Part shown: positions 62,136 to 64,000 of the stretch, piece after piece
How the letters are laid out: the number at the start of each line of letters is the position of its first letter
How positions within the stretch are numbered: position 1 is the stretch's first letter
NCBI GenBank assembly: GCA_030390025.1
Contig: CM059433.1
Location: 14,758,001-14,822,000, forward strand
Direction: 5' to 3'
Origin: Squalus acanthias
Lineage: Eukaryota
DNA: 64,000 nucleotides
Position numbers and translations under genes: made by a program
The notes under the pieces: generated by a model
Databases searched by the model: none
What the model saw: the letters and a program-made list of their open reading frames with translations, nothing else
What the model was told of the DNA's origin: nothing

Positions 62136-63805
62136 TGTAAGGTTTCCAAAATTTGCAGATCCCCAAAACCTAAGGAAAAAGGACTTTGGAACTACCTCAG
62201 AGTGATAAAAATGCATTTGGGCCTAACATAAGGAATTTAAGACCAAAAACCAAGTTTTGGCATTTTAAAAACATGTCTGGGCCTGTAAAGGGAGAAAAGG
62301 CTGTGAAGGAAGTTGGCTGAACCTCTGTAAAAACAGTTTGGGTATTGCAGTTAATTGCAATGTCTGGGGAACCGGGATGATCTCACTCAAAGCCCCAGGA
62401 CGCATTAACATTTTGACAATAGACCCTAGGAGAAGACAGCCCCACCCAAAACAATAGGTCCCATCAAACCGATTACAAGGCCCATCAAGAAGCATGCATA
62501 ATACAGAGCACCCAGGACTAGGCTATAGATCAGCCTAAGAACCCAAAACACAAAACCAATCACCAGCAATCAGCCAAGAAAATCGACAGGATACAAACCA
62601 TCCCAAAAACCCATTTGACACTTACAGAGCAGTTACTGGTAACAGGCCCGCCAAATTCAGACAATGAACTGAACAGATTTGGCGGGTAGATAAGACCATA
62701 TTCAATGGGTCAGATTGAAGGCCTGTTAAAACCCAGTTAACGTGCTAGTAAATCGTTACCGATTTACGAGCCCGCCAAAACTAGACAATGAACTAAACAG
62801 ATTTGGCGGGTAGATAAGGCCACTTCAATTCTGTATAATTGAAGGCCCACCAAGCACACATGAGGAGAAGCAGGAGAGAGAAGAAGGAAGGAGAGCCAGC
62901 GAGAAGAGGAGAGACCAAGAAGAAGAAGGCCCGAGCTGGAAGCGAGTCGGTTTTGCTCACCACTCAGACACACCTGAGCCCAGCTCGCAAAAACACCACC
63001 TCGACGGACCTCCAACCATGGCCCCAACACAGCGAACCCGGAGCAACAAGCAGCAACCAGTCACCGACGGCTCCACAAGGTCAACCGACACACCAACCAA
63101 GGCCTAAAGCCATCGCGGAAACCAAAGGCCTCACGAAACCAACAACCGCGCATTACCCCCAACTGACCGGGTAATCGCAGGCCACCGCGACCAACAAAGA
63201 CCAACTCCAGGGAAGAAAACCCGAAGAATCACAAATTTTCCAAACTGCAAACTACTCCTGACTTACCCCCTGGATAAGATTTTCCCCAAAGACTCTAAGC
63301 CCTACTGCTGAACCAAAGAAATTGGGTACTCACCAGATAAATCCATAACGACATCCTACCGCATCAGCGGACTTGCAAAGACTGACCAGAGACCCAGGTG
63401 AAGTCCTCTACCGCGTACGGGGTATGGCAGACACTAACTGCTATAAACAGTGAACCCCAAAACCGCGATTTAGCCCAACTGTCAAAGGATTGGTGAGCAT
63501 TATCCCTGGTCCTTCAAAACCTAACTTAGCTAGTAAAGTGGGGTTGGGAGGGGTGAAGTATTGTTCTACTGTCATTTCCCTCGCTTGTACCGAAGTGTTC
63601 CCCACCTTCAGAGTGATAAGAGTGTCATTATTTGTGTCTTACCTTTTAATAAAGATTGAAGTTCTTTCATCAAACTCAGTTGTCTGCTGCACCTTTTGTA
63701 TCACAACCCCCAAATAAGTCCAAGGTCTAGAACCAAGGGTGTGGGAGCAATTAGAACCGCTCAGAAGTCAGAGGTAAAGCTGACACAAAAACACCACCCC
63801 CTACA
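62136..63805 (+). mobile_element. Solo LTR, 1670 bp (Gypsy or ERV)
   Basis: TGTAAGG...CCCTACA termini; 4-bp TSD TGAT (62132-62135, 63806-63809); AATAAA at 63648-63653; internal ~60-bp direct repeats. Confidence 0.72.
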
Positions 63806-63962
63806 TGATTTCTCATAAAAGAAGGAAATACGCAAAGACTGCTGTGCAAGAAGCAAAAAAACACATTGCGATACCAAACAGGATAACGGTTTGAAATGAA
63901 GTATATTCTCTTTTACCTGCAGATAAACTTAATGTAAACTTTATCCATGGCCTTGTGTTCAG

Positions 63963-64000
63963 GTGTCAGCCATTGCTCAGTTGGTAGCCCTCTTACCTCC
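63963..64000 (+). mobile_element. Start of a tRNA-SINE head (runs off the window)
   Basis: GTGTCAGCCATTGCTCAGTTGGTAGC matches the SINE 5' end seen at 48863 and 8440. Confidence 0.6.

Overview
Eukaryotic, repeat-dominated 64-kb window. The repeat landscape (CR1 LINEs, L2, Deu-domain tRNA-SINEs, Tx1, Penelope, Harbinger MITEs) looks like a cartilaginous fish (shark) intron or intergenic region; this is an inference. No host exon could be identified with confidence, and most ORFs in the track are decayed transposon fragments or antisense shadows. Main contents: (1) A young, intact 4.5-kb Gypsy/Ty3 element (30858-35367, minus) with 215-bp LTRs differing at 1 nt and a single 1313-aa Gag-Pol ORF. 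Its PBS position holds no tRNA-type PBS but a 13-nt perfect complement of its own LTR, suggesting self-priming. (2) A CR1-group LINE family (3 copies). Its full-length copy (52860-56067) starts with a tRNA-like A/B-box head, has no ORF1, and by eye has no TTTT on the sense strand in any copy, making it a candidate Pol III-transcribed protein-coding LINE. (3) A dozen PIF/Harbinger derivatives and MITEs with 3-bp TSDs. (4) Two Tx1 3' ends stacked at one repeated target site. (5) A Penelope 3' fragment with a hammerhead ribozyme core. (6) A 1.67-kb solo LTR. All alignments and counts were made by eye; boundaries not fixed by a TSD or TIR are approximate.
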